Shown: positions 38,053-46,667 of the stretch, piece by piece | Position numbering within the stretch: the first letter of the stretch is position 1 | Layout: the number at the start of each line of letters is the position of its first letter | Origin: a bacterium | GTDB lineage: Bacteria > Bacteroidota > Ignavibacteria > UBA10030 | Length of the DNA stretch: 64,000 nucleotides | Reading direction: 5' to 3' | Assembly: GCA_043803945.1 (NCBI GenBank) | Contig: JAZDJN010000016.1 | Span: 128,001 to 192,000, forward strand | Translations under genes and position numbers: made by a program | Notes under the pieces: generated by a model | What the model saw: the letters and a program-made list of their open reading frames with translations, nothing else | What the model was told of the DNA's origin: nothing | Databases searched by the model: none

Positions 38053-38925
38053 GTGAAAGAACAACTAGTTCTATTCGGTGCGGCAAAGCCAAAGGTCATA
38101 AATGTAGCTTCCGTTCCGCAGAGAAGTCCGTTTAGGTATCCTGGCGGTAAGACTTGGCTCATTCCCTACATCCGCCAATGGCTGTCTACTTTTGACTCCC
38201 AGGGCAATGAACTCATCGAGCCATTCGCTGGTGGTGGAATCGTTAGCCTCACTGCCGTCGCTGAAAAAAGAGTGCGACGTGCTTTTATGGTTGAACTTGA
38301 TGAAGACATCGCAGCCGTTTGGCAGACCATCCTGAGCGAGGATGCACAATGGTTTGCCGACAAGATTATCTCTTTCTCTGTAACTAAGTCCAATGTTGAA
38401 TCGCTTCTTTCCAAAATCCCATTACGTCAACGAGAGAGAGCCTTTGCAATATTGCTTAAGAATCGAGTGAGTCATGGCGGAATCCTTGCCAACGGTGCAG
38501 GATTGCTTAAGCACGGTGAGAATGGAAAAGGGCTACTGTCTCGCTGGTACCCTCAGACACTGCGAAGCAGAATACTAGACATTCAGAACTATAAATCGAA
38601 CCTTAGATTTGTTTGCGCAGACGGATTTCAAGTACTCAGAGACAACGCAAAGAGAAGCGATGTCCTGTTCTTCATTGACCCACCTTACACGGTAGCAGGA
38701 AGAAGACTCTATCGCTATTCCGATATTGATCACACGGAGTTGTTCCGTATTGCAGCAACACTTCGAGGCTCCTTTCTAATCACATACGACAATGCAGATG
38801 ATATTAGAAAATTAGCTGATGCCAACGGATTCCAGATAGCACAGATTCCAATGAAAGGTACTCATCACACAGTGAAGACCGAACTGTTGATAAGCAGAGA
38901 TCTATCTTGGCTTAGGATCATCTAG
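38053..38925 (+). CDS. Dam-like (D12 class) N6-adenine DNA methyltransferase
   Basis: SPFRYPGGK, EPFAGGG (motif I), FIDPPY (motif IV). GTG at 38053 follows AAGGA. Confidence 0.9.
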   Translation: MKEQLVLFGAAKPKVINVASVPQRSPFRYPGGKTWLIPYIRQWLSTFDSQGNELIEPFAGGGIVSLTAVAEKRVRRAFMVELDEDIAAVWQTILSEDAQWFADKIISFSVTKSNVESLLSKIPLRQRERAFAILLKNRVSHGGILANGAGLLKHGENGKGLLSRWYPQTLRSRILDIQNYKSNLRFVCADGFQVLRDNAKRSDVLFFIDPPYTVAGRRLYRYSDIDHTELFRIAATLRGSFLITYDNADDIRKLADANGFQIAQIPMKGTHHTVKTELLISRDLSWLRII

Positions 38926-39030
38926 TTTAAGTAACCGCCCAAACGGGCACATCACACACGCAACAATGATGACTTGACCATGGTTCAAGCATCCTCTTTC
39001 AATTCTTAAATCTTCTGAGCATGAGTACCA

Positions 39031-39843
39031 ATGGCGCGGTTCAAACTTTATATCGAATATGAAGGCACTCGGTACAGCGGATGGCAGGTACAGAAAAATT
39101 CCAGGACTGTTCAGGGTGAAATCCAGAATGCCTTTCACACTGTGGTCGGGCCTCAGCCTATTGAACTTTATGGCTCTGGACGGACCGACGCCGGAGTTCA
39201 TGCACTGCTCCAAATAGCCCATGCAGAAGTGAAAACTTCATTCGCACCGGAAATTCTCCGGAGAAAAATTAACGACGAATTACCCGCCGATATCACCATC
39301 CTCGAAATCGAAAAGGCGCATCCACAATTCCATGCTCGTCACGATGCCGTTGCTCGAAGCTACCTCTATCAAATATCACGGCGCAGGACCGCCTTTGGGA
39401 AGCGCTACGTATGGTGGATAAAAGATCCGTTAGATATTCGCTCTATGAAAAAGGCAGCAGCACTCTTTCCGGGATTGCATAATTTTCAATCATTTACCGA
39501 CGATGACCCCGAGGAGAAATCTACTAAGGTGGAACTGAAAGAGGTTCGGATCCAGGAGAATAATGATTTGATTCTGATAAGAATTGTCGGCTCACATTTT
39601 ATCTGGAAACTGGTCAGGAGGATTGTGGGAGTTCTTGCAGAAGTTGGCCGGGGAAGCCTCTCCGTAGACGAGGTGAGCAATCTGCTCAGGATCCGTTCGG
39701 ATCTTCCCGCAAAGTTGACGGCACCTCCCTCTGGATTATTTCTCGAAAGAGTATACTACCCGGGAGAGGCACAGCTTCAAACGCTGGAACCAGCCATCTC
39801 CCCGGGAATTTCATTCGCAGCCATTTGTCGAAAATTGAAGTAG
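39031..39843 (+). CDS. truA: tRNA pseudouridine(38-40) synthase
   Basis: YEGTRYSGWQ, GRTDAGVHA, FHARHDA, TAPPSGLFL. Confidence 0.95.
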   Translation: MARFKLYIEYEGTRYSGWQVQKNSRTVQGEIQNAFHTVVGPQPIELYGSGRTDAGVHALLQIAHAEVKTSFAPEILRRKINDELPADITILEIEKAHPQFHARHDAVARSYLYQISRRRTAFGKRYVWWIKDPLDIRSMKKAAALFPGLHNFQSFTDDDPEEKSTKVELKEVRIQENNDLILIRIVGSHFIWKLVRRIVGVLAEVGRGSLSVDEVSNLLRIRSDLPAKLTAPPSGLFLERVYYPGEAQLQTLEPAISPGISFAAICRKLK

Positions 39844-39846
39844 GAC

Positions 39847-39875
39847 TTGCCGAACTCATTATTTTTCTTTACAAT
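39847..39875 (+). promoter_or_regulatory. Sigma70-type promoter
   Basis: TTGCCG-17 nt-TACAAT, directly followed by the hairpin GAGGCAG-TGGAT-CTGCCTC (39877-39895). Confidence 0.55.
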
Positions 39876-39948
39876 CGAGGCAGTGGATCTGCCTCACTAA
39901 CACTGGTTCATTCATTCTCTATTCACAGTTTGTCGGGAGCCGAGTTCT

Positions 39949-40227
39949 ATGGACTATGATACGATGCAAACGTTCGCGTTTATCACCATGGGTGGTTTTA
40001 TTATTTACCTTGGCGGAAGATTGATCGGTAAGATTCGCCAATATAAACCGCTCACAGATGATGAATTGGCTAAAGAAGAGCATCGAAAGGCCTCCATACC
40101 TTCCGAACTCCAAAGCCTTGAAATTGAAGAGCCGGAATCCCTTGAAGCGAATTCAAAACCGACAAGAAAACCTTCTCCGAACCAGACTCAGCAACCGTCA
40201 AATTCCAAAAAGCCCCAAAAGAACTGA
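39949..40227 (+). CDS. Small single-pass membrane protein with a charged, disordered tail
   Basis: N-terminal hydrophobic helix, then an E/K/P/S-rich tail; downstream of the predicted promoter. Confidence 0.55.
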   Translation: MDYDTMQTFAFITMGGFIIYLGGRLIGKIRQYKPLTDDELAKEEHRKASIPSELQSLEIEEPESLEANSKPTRKPSPNQTQQPSNSKKPQKN

Positions 40228-40475
40228 TGCCCGGCATTAAACTTACACTACCGACGTCATACCACTTTATAGCAATTCAGTATCGGTCGCAGGCACACTG
40301 GGGTGATCAGGTCTCGATCGATCTCGCGGTTACAGACTTTTCCTCAGCAGCATGCGATATTTACTATCGCCTCGTGAACCGGATGACACAAAAGGAAGTC
40401 GCTCGTATAAAAACGGGCATAAGTTTCTTTGATTACTCTTCACCTATGTACAACGATCAATCCAAATGTAGATGA
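40227..40475 (+). pseudogene. Internally deleted hot-dog thioesterase (4HBT-like)
   Basis: N-terminus MPGIKLTLP..YHF is joined directly to the C-terminal strands AIQYRSQAHWGD...DIYYRL..KEVARIKTG..FFDY. The central catalytic helix region is missing. Confidence 0.6.
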
Positions 40476-40537
40476 AGACAGGCTGCTCAGTCTTACCAAA
40501 CTGAGCAACAACCGCCGATCATGAAAGGAATTGATGT

Positions 40538-42349
40538 ATGCGTACCACGTTAGCATTAAATACACCTCATAACAGATTAATTGGATCTATGCCAAAAATT
40601 GGTATACGCCCCGCGATTGATGGAAGAAGACAGGGTGTTCGGGAATCGCTCGAAAAAGTCACCATGGGTATGGCAAAGAATGCCGCTAAGTTTCTTCAAT
40701 CCAATCTGCGCCATGCCAATGGTCTGCCAGTCGAGTGTGTTGTCGCCGATACCTGCATCGGTGGTGCGGCTGAATCTGCACAAACAGCCGAGAAGTTTGC
40801 GCGCGAAGGAGTCGGTGTATCCCTGACAGTGACCCCATGCTGGTGTTATGGAGCAGAGACCATGGATATGGATCCTCTTCTCCCAAAGGCAATTTGGGGA
40901 TTTAATGGAACGGAGCGTCCTGGCGCAGTTTATCTGGCAGCGGCACTTGCGGCACATACCCAGAAAGGATTGCCGGCATTCGGTATCTATGGTCGGGACG
41001 TGCAAGATACCGGTGATTCTGAAATTCCAAAAGATGTTCAAAAAAAACTCCTCCAATTTGCCAAGACCGGCCTGGCTGTTGCAGAGATCCGGGGGAAATC
41101 ATATCTGGCGATGGGAAGTGTTTCAATGGGAATTGCAGGCTCCATCGTCGATCATACATTCTTCGAAGATTATTTTGGTATGAGGGTGGAAACAGTTGAC
41201 ATGACGGAGTTCGCACGCCGCATCGACCGCGGCATCTACGATACGGACGAGCTTGAGCATGCAAAACAGTGGGTGAAAGCATTTTGCAGGGAGGGAAAAG
41301 ATTATAATCCAACAAAGGTGCAGAAGAGCCGCGGAGAAAAAGATCGGGATTGGGAGTTCGTCATAAAGATGGCGATGATCGCACGCGATCTGATGGTCGG
41401 CAATCCAAAGCTGGAGGATCTCGGTTATAGCGAAGAGGCGCTCGGGCACAATGCCATCGCAGCCGGATTCCAGGGACAGCGGCAGTGGACTGATCATTAT
41501 CCGAATGGAGATTTCCTGGAGGCAATGCTGAATTCATCGTTCGATTGGAACGGCATTCGCGAACCCTATATTATGGCCACAGAGAATGATTCATTAAACG
41601 GTGCCTGTATGCTTCTAGGTCACCTGATAACAAACTCTGCTCAAATCTTTGCCGATGTGCGAACCTTCTGGAGTCCGGAATCAGTGAAGCGTGTCTCAGG
41701 CCATAAACTTACCGGCGATGGTGAACATGGTTTCATTCATCTCATCAACTCAGGAGCAGCGGCGCTCGATGGGTGCGGCCAACAGACACGAAACGGAAAA
41801 CCGATGATGAAGCCGTTCTGGGAGATTGCTCCTGCCGAAGCACAAAAATGCCTTGAAGCGACAACATGGTTTCCGGCGATGCTTGAATATTTTCGAGGAG
41901 GAGGCTATTCATCGGGCTATCTGACAAAAGGGGGAATGCCTGCGACAATGTTCAGAATCAATCTCGTAAAGGGGCTTGGTCCTGTGCTCCAAATTGCGGA
42001 GGGCACAACGCTCGAGCTCTCTGAGAAAATCGATCGCCAGCTCGAAGAACGGACAAACCCAACCTGGCCAACGACATGGTTCGTTCCGCACTTGACCGGT
42101 TATGGTGCCTTTCGCGATGTCTATTCTGTGATGAACTCCTGGGGAGCCAATCACGCAGTGTTGAGTTACGGACATATCGGATGCTGTCTGATGACACTCG
42201 CATCGATGCTCAGAATACCGGTACATATGCACAATGTGCCTGAAGAACGAGTGTTCAGGCCCAGCGCTTGGAATTCTTTCGGAACGTCCGATCCCGAAGC
42301 TGCCGATTTTAGAGCGTGCAGGAATTTTGGATCGTTATATGGGAGATAG
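40538..42349 (+). CDS. fucI: L-fucose isomerase
   Basis: [61 protein letters not shown]. Confidence 0.96.
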   Translation: MRTTLALNTPHNRLIGSMPKIGIRPAIDGRRQGVRESLEKVTMGMAKNAAKFLQSNLRHANGLPVECVVADTCIGGAAESAQTAEKFAREGVGVSLTVTPCWCYGAETMDMDPLLPKAIWGFNGTERPGAVYLAAALAAHTQKGLPAFGIYGRDVQDTGDSEIPKDVQKKLLQFAKTGLAVAEIRGKSYLAMGSVSMGIAGSIVDHTFFEDYFGMRVETVDMTEFARRIDRGIYDTDELEHAKQWVKAFCREGKDYNPTKVQKSRGEKDRDWEFVIKMAMIARDLMVGNPKLEDLGYSEEALGHNAIAAGFQGQRQWTDHYPNGDFLEAMLNSSFDWNGIREPYIMATENDSLNGACMLLGHLITNSAQIFADVRTFWSPESVKRVSGHKLTGDGEHGFIHLINSGAAALDGCGQQTRNGKPMMKPFWEIAPAEAQKCLEATTWFPAMLEYFRGGGYSSGYLTKGGMPATMFRINLVKGLGPVLQIAEGTTLELSEKIDRQLEERTNPTWPTTWFVPHLTGYGAFRDVYSVMNSWGANHAVLSYGHIGCCLMTLASMLRIPVHMHNVPEERVFRPSAWNSFGTSDPEAADFRACRNFGSLYGR

Positions 42350-42447
42350 TATTCACCCATCCTGAGATTTCATAATGCGGATTCCTTGTAACTCTGGTAT
42401 TTTCTGATATATTTACTCCAGGAAAGAACAAGAATTATTCCTAACGA

Positions 42448-43134
42448 ATGACCTACGACAGCACATTAGCCAGAATTATTGACCATACGTTGCTCAAGCC
42501 GGACGCGACACTCCGGCAGATCGATCAACTCTGTCAGGAAGCACTCGATTTTCAATTCGCCAGTGTCTGTATCAATCCCTGCTATATCAAGCAGAGTGCA
42601 ACAAGGCTCAAGGATTCCCAGGTAAAGGTTTGCACAGTGATAGGCTTCCCCCTCGGAGCGACATTAACAGAACAGAAGTCTTTCGAAACAACGCTTGCAA
42701 TTGCCCGGGGTGCAGAAGAAATCGATATGGTGATGAACATAGGGATGTTGAAATCCGGAGAATTCCAGTACGTGAAAAATGACATTCGCTCTGTCGTCCA
42801 GGTCGCTAAATCCTCTGGCGCTCTTGTTAAAGTAATTCTCGAAACCGCACTGCTCGATGAAGAAGAAAAGGCAAGAGCCTGCAGCCTCGCTCTCGAGGCC
42901 GGTGCCGATTTTGTGAAAACATCCACCGGTTTTGCCAAATCGGGAGCTACCACGGCTGATGTGAGACTCATGCGCTCAATTGTCGGTGATACGATGGGCG
43001 TGAAAGCTTCAGGAGGAATCAAAACGTATCAAGACGCTGTTGCGATGGTTCAGAGCGGTGCAAATCGACTCGGTACAAGTTCCGGTATTGTCATCGTTAC
43101 CGGTGGTACTATGGCACAATCACCCGCGTACTAA
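42448..43134 (+). CDS. deoC: Deoxyribose-phosphate aldolase
   Basis: IDHTLLKP, VIGFPLG, EIDMV, FVKTSTGF, VKASGGI, RLGTS. Confidence 0.96.
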   Translation: MTYDSTLARIIDHTLLKPDATLRQIDQLCQEALDFQFASVCINPCYIKQSATRLKDSQVKVCTVIGFPLGATLTEQKSFETTLAIARGAEEIDMVMNIGMLKSGEFQYVKNDIRSVVQVAKSSGALVKVILETALLDEEEKARACSLALEAGADFVKTSTGFAKSGATTADVRLMRSIVGDTMGVKASGGIKTYQDAVAMVQSGANRLGTSSGIVIVTGGTMAQSPAY

Positions 43135-43147
43135 TTCCCTGATGAGC

Positions 43148-43684
43148 ATGAGAAACTTCCCCATCCTTTTTACTCTCATTCTCGTCGGCCTTGGCTGCCT
43201 TCTTTCGTCTTGCATGACAACAGAAGAGGCAGGCAAATCGCTTCCTGTCGCTTCCTCCCTTCAGGCAAAAATTGATTCTGCACGGATTGCGGCAGTCGCC
43301 GATTCTCTTGCACGAACCGATTCCATCCGGTCACGAAAACTCGGATTCGACGCCCGACAGGATACGATCAGCGTTTCAACGACAACGAAATCAAAGAAAC
43401 CTCCCCGAAAAATCAAACCACTTCAAAAACCAGCAAATGCAGCATACACTGTTCAGGTTGGGGCATTTTCCCGCACCCAATTTGCTCTTAGGACCCAACA
43501 ACTTGCAAAAGAACGATATCCCGATCAAACGGTTTTCAATGATTTCGAACCCTATGACAAGCTCTATAGAGTCCGTGTGGGAAAATTTGTCTCTCGGACT
43601 GCAGCCGATTCCCTGCGAAGAATTATGAAAAGTACCTATCCAGCAGAGTACACAGAATGTTGGATCAATTACATAGCACAATGA
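43148..43684 (+). CDS. SPOR-domain lipoprotein
   Basis: Lipobox LSSC; YTVQVGAFS...LYRVRVGKF. Confidence 0.8.
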   Translation: MRNFPILFTLILVGLGCLLSSCMTTEEAGKSLPVASSLQAKIDSARIAAVADSLARTDSIRSRKLGFDARQDTISVSTTTKSKKPPRKIKPLQKPANAAYTVQVGAFSRTQFALRTQQLAKERYPDQTVFNDFEPYDKLYRVRVGKFVSRTAADSLRRIMKSTYPAEYTECWINYIAQ

Positions 43685-44211
43685 AGTCAATCCCCTTTTT
43701 TCTGATCTGCACATTTCTCTTCCTCCTAACCGGTTGCACTTCAACAGAGTCCACTCGTTCTGAAGGAGACCGTACCTCCCTCCCTTCGATACCACCCGCT
43801 AAAGCAACCATTGCAGAGTATGAATTATTCTTTAATAACTCTGACTATTACATCGACCCGGAGAACATCTCCACAACGAAACGATCCTCCGGGCGTTCAC
43901 GAGCGGCATCGTTAAATGATAGTATCATCCTTCAGACGGATATCGCACCGGGATACAGAATTCAACTCTTTTCATCTGCCAACATCGATGAAGCAAATAC
44001 CATGAAAACCGTTGCAGTTGAGAAGATTGCTACCGATTCCGTTTACATCGTTTATGATCCCCCGATCTATAAGGTTAGGGTCGGCGATTTCAGGTCACGC
44101 GTTGAGGCAAACCAGACTCTGCGTGTGCTTATCGAAAAAGGATTTCCAGATTCATGGATTGTACCAGATCAGATTAATGTCCGACGTCAGGTGCGGGTGA
44201 AACAGCAATAG
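43681..44211 (+). CDS. SPOR-domain lipoprotein (second, tandem)
   Basis: Lipobox LTGC; GYRIQLF...YKVRVGDF.SR.EA...GFPDSWIV. Confidence 0.8.
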   Translation: MKSIPFFLICTFLFLLTGCTSTESTRSEGDRTSLPSIPPAKATIAEYELFFNNSDYYIDPENISTTKRSSGRSRAASLNDSIILQTDIAPGYRIQLFSSANIDEANTMKTVAVEKIATDSVYIVYDPPIYKVRVGDFRSRVEANQTLRVLIEKGFPDSWIVPDQINVRRQVRVKQQ

Positions 44212-44269
44212 CAGAACAGACGAGAATGGACTCATCAGTTCGTTTCCAATGGAAAGATGCTGTTGTTCG

Positions 44270-46087
44270 TTATGTGATATTTTGATACATCTTCTCGATC
44301 AGTGCTGCATACCGTTGCTCGACAACCTTCCTCTTTACTTTGAGTGTAGGTGTGATTTCACCCTTCTCGATGGTGAGTGACTGGGGAAGGAGTTCAAAAC
44401 GGCGAACACGTTCATACGTCGGAAGGTCTTTTTGTAAAAGCTGAATTTCCTTATCGAAGAGAACCCGTACTTCCTCTGACGCAACCAGGCTCTCGTCATC
44501 CTTCCAACGAATATTATAGGTTTGTGCATAGTCTTTGAGAATCTCAAACTCGGGAACAATAAGCGCAGTCAGAAACATTCTTCCGTCCCCGATCAAGACA
44601 AATTGATCAATGTACTTACTCTGCAGGAAAAGGCTTTCAATTGGTTGGGGAGCGATGTTCTTCCCTCCAGAGCTGACGAAGAGATGTTTTTTCCGATCCG
44701 TAATCATGAGATGCCCTTGCGGATCAAACATCCCTATATCACCGGTATGGAGCCATCCCTCCTTGTCGACCACCTCAGCGGTTGCTTTGGGATCGTTATA
44801 ATAGCCCTTCATCACATTGGGCCCTTTTGCAAGGATCTCACCATCATCGGCGATCTTGATCTCCACACCCGGGATTGGTTTTCCAACGGTTCCAAACTTA
44901 TAGTCGTCAAGCCGGTTACAGGTCAAAACCGGCGATGTTTCTGTCAGGCCATATCCTTCGACTATTGTGATACCGACTGCTTCGAAGAATTCGCCTAATT
45001 CCTTCGACAGTGCAGCGCCGCCTGAGACAAAGAACTTCATTCGTCCCCCCATTCTCTCTTGCAATTTTGAGAAAACGAGCTTGGTCGCCACCGAGTGTTG
45101 AAAGGCCAACGAGGTTGTGAGTGATCCGGTTTTTCGTGCTTGAACATATTCACGCCCGACTTTTACTCCCCAATGAAAGATCCTTCTTCTAAGAGGCGGG
45201 CTAGTGTCAAGCTGTTTCATCATGCGATTATAAATCCGCTCAAATAATCGAGGCACCGTCGTGACGATGGTTGGATGAACCTCAAGTAGATTATCACGGA
45301 CAGTATCCGCACTTTCTGCATACGCCACACTGGCACCACACGCTAACGCGGTGTAGTATCCGGCCATACGCTCAAACGAGTGGCACAGGGGAAGGAATGA
45401 GAGGAGCGTATCGCTTTCGGTAATGGGAATCACCGACGCAGCAGCGTTAATATTAGAAACAAGATTCTTCTGCGTCAGCATGACACCTTTGGGGTTCCCA
45501 GTTGTCCCTGATGTATAGATGATGGTGAGCAGTTCGTGTGGCTTAGTCTGCCGTATGGAATCTCTGAGAAACGAAGAATTCTGTTTCTCAAATTCTTTTC
45601 CCTTCGCAGTGACTTCTGAAAATCTTAAGGCCTGGCGATCGTGATACTCTCCCTTCTCGTTCATCACGATCGTACGTTCAAGAGTCTTTACCTCTTGCTT
45701 GATCTTTCGAACCTTCGCATGCTGATTTACATTGGAGACAATAGCGATCTTGACTTCTGCATCATTGAAAATGAATTCGATTTGTTTTGGAGTGAGCGTT
45801 GGATAAATTGGAACGCTGACAGCACCAAGGCATGCAATGGCCATATCAGCGATAATCCATTCCGGCCGATTTTCCGCGATGATCGCTACTCGATCGCTTC
45901 TATGAACTCCTAAGGAGGCAAGCCCGTTGGCAAGGAGTTCAACACTTCTCCGGAAATCAGCGTAGGAGAATTCCTTGTATTGTCTCTCGACTTTATAGAG
46001 CAGCATCGGACGACGCTCGGTCGCATACTTCAACATCAAGCGATCAAACAACCCTGGAATCGTTTCAAAGTCGATGACAGCCGCCAT
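44270..46087 (-). CDS. Long-chain fatty acid--CoA ligase (FadD-like)
   Basis: YTSGTTGNPKG, VPRLFE, EGYGLTETSP, WLHTGD, DRKK, TPTLKVKR. Confidence 0.93.
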   Translation of the reverse strand: MAAVIDFETIPGLFDRLMLKYATERRPMLLYKVERQYKEFSYADFRRSVELLANGLASLGVHRSDRVAIIAENRPEWIIADMAIACLGAVSVPIYPTLTPKQIEFIFNDAEVKIAIVSNVNQHAKVRKIKQEVKTLERTIVMNEKGEYHDRQALRFSEVTAKGKEFEKQNSSFLRDSIRQTKPHELLTIIYTSGTTGNPKGVMLTQKNLVSNINAAASVIPITESDTLLSFLPLCHSFERMAGYYTALACGASVAYAESADTVRDNLLEVHPTIVTTVPRLFERIYNRMMKQLDTSPPLRRRIFHWGVKVGREYVQARKTGSLTTSLAFQHSVATKLVFSKLQERMGGRMKFFVSGGAALSKELGEFFEAVGITIVEGYGLTETSPVLTCNRLDDYKFGTVGKPIPGVEIKIADDGEILAKGPNVMKGYYNDPKATAEVVDKEGWLHTGDIGMFDPQGHLMITDRKKHLFVSSGGKNIAPQPIESLFLQSKYIDQFVLIGDGRMFLTALIVPEFEILKDYAQTYNIRWKDDESLVASEEVRVLFDKEIQLLQKDLPTYERVRRFELLPQSLTIEKGEITPTLKVKRKVVEQRYAALIEKMYQNIT

Positions 46088-46389
46088 TGTTCATTCTCCA
46101 GGTGAATTGATGCAACATCGACATCGTGACGAATTAATTACGCAAACGCTTGAGAGAGAATCAAGGAGAAACTCGATGAGGAATCTTCTACCGGAAAAGT
46201 TAGTTCCAACGTACATACTGTTCTTGTTAGCAACCCTTGCATTCAGCTTTCATAGAGTGCTCTGACATTCATACTTGATATTCCATTATCCGATCATAGA
46301 TTGAAGGAGCAAGAAAGAGATGAGCGCGTCGATTCCTTCGCTTATGTCAAGTTAAATTATTAAGAAAAAAAAGGTGTTTAACTTTTAAC

Positions 46390-46418
46390 TTGACAAATCT
46401 GCCGCAACCGCTTATATT
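46390..46418 (+). promoter_or_regulatory. Strong sigma70-type promoter upstream of the nrdJ leader
   Basis: TTGACA-17 nt-TATATT, with an A/T-rich UP-like region before it. Confidence 0.75.
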
Positions 46419-46424
46419 GACACC

Positions 46425-46613
46425 CAGTTGCGCCAGCACATTACTCGACATGGTACTCAACTTCCCCCCACGTTGGCCTTGCTGGAAATGCGCTTTAGGC
46501 AAAATAGGCCAATGATTCAGCACCTAGGGCAAACCCTAATTTTCGGAACATAGTCTATTGCTCTATCGACGTACCCTTGAGTATGGGGGTCACTTCGGTG
46601 ATGATATTTTTTT
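46425..46613 (+). ncRNA. Candidate structured leader RNA or sRNA upstream of nrdJ
   Basis: Several hand-found helices, a UUCG-capped hairpin and a T7 run (see findings). No known family recognised. Confidence 0.45.
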
Positions 46614-46667
46614 CTCAATACTTGACATCACAATTGTTTGGCGAACGTAAGAAGAAGGAGTAGTTTT

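Noticed and set aside
46227-46263. CIRCE-like halves TTAGCAACC ... GAGTGCTCT
   Set aside because: The spacer is about twice the required 9 nt, both halves are mismatched, and it is not upstream of a chaperone gene.
46425-46613. Cobalamin riboswitch, 6S RNA or NrdR boxes upstream of nrdJ
   Set aside because: No B12-box consensus, the fold looks multi-branched rather than rod-like, and there is no convincing NrdR palindrome by eye. Kept only as an unclassified candidate.
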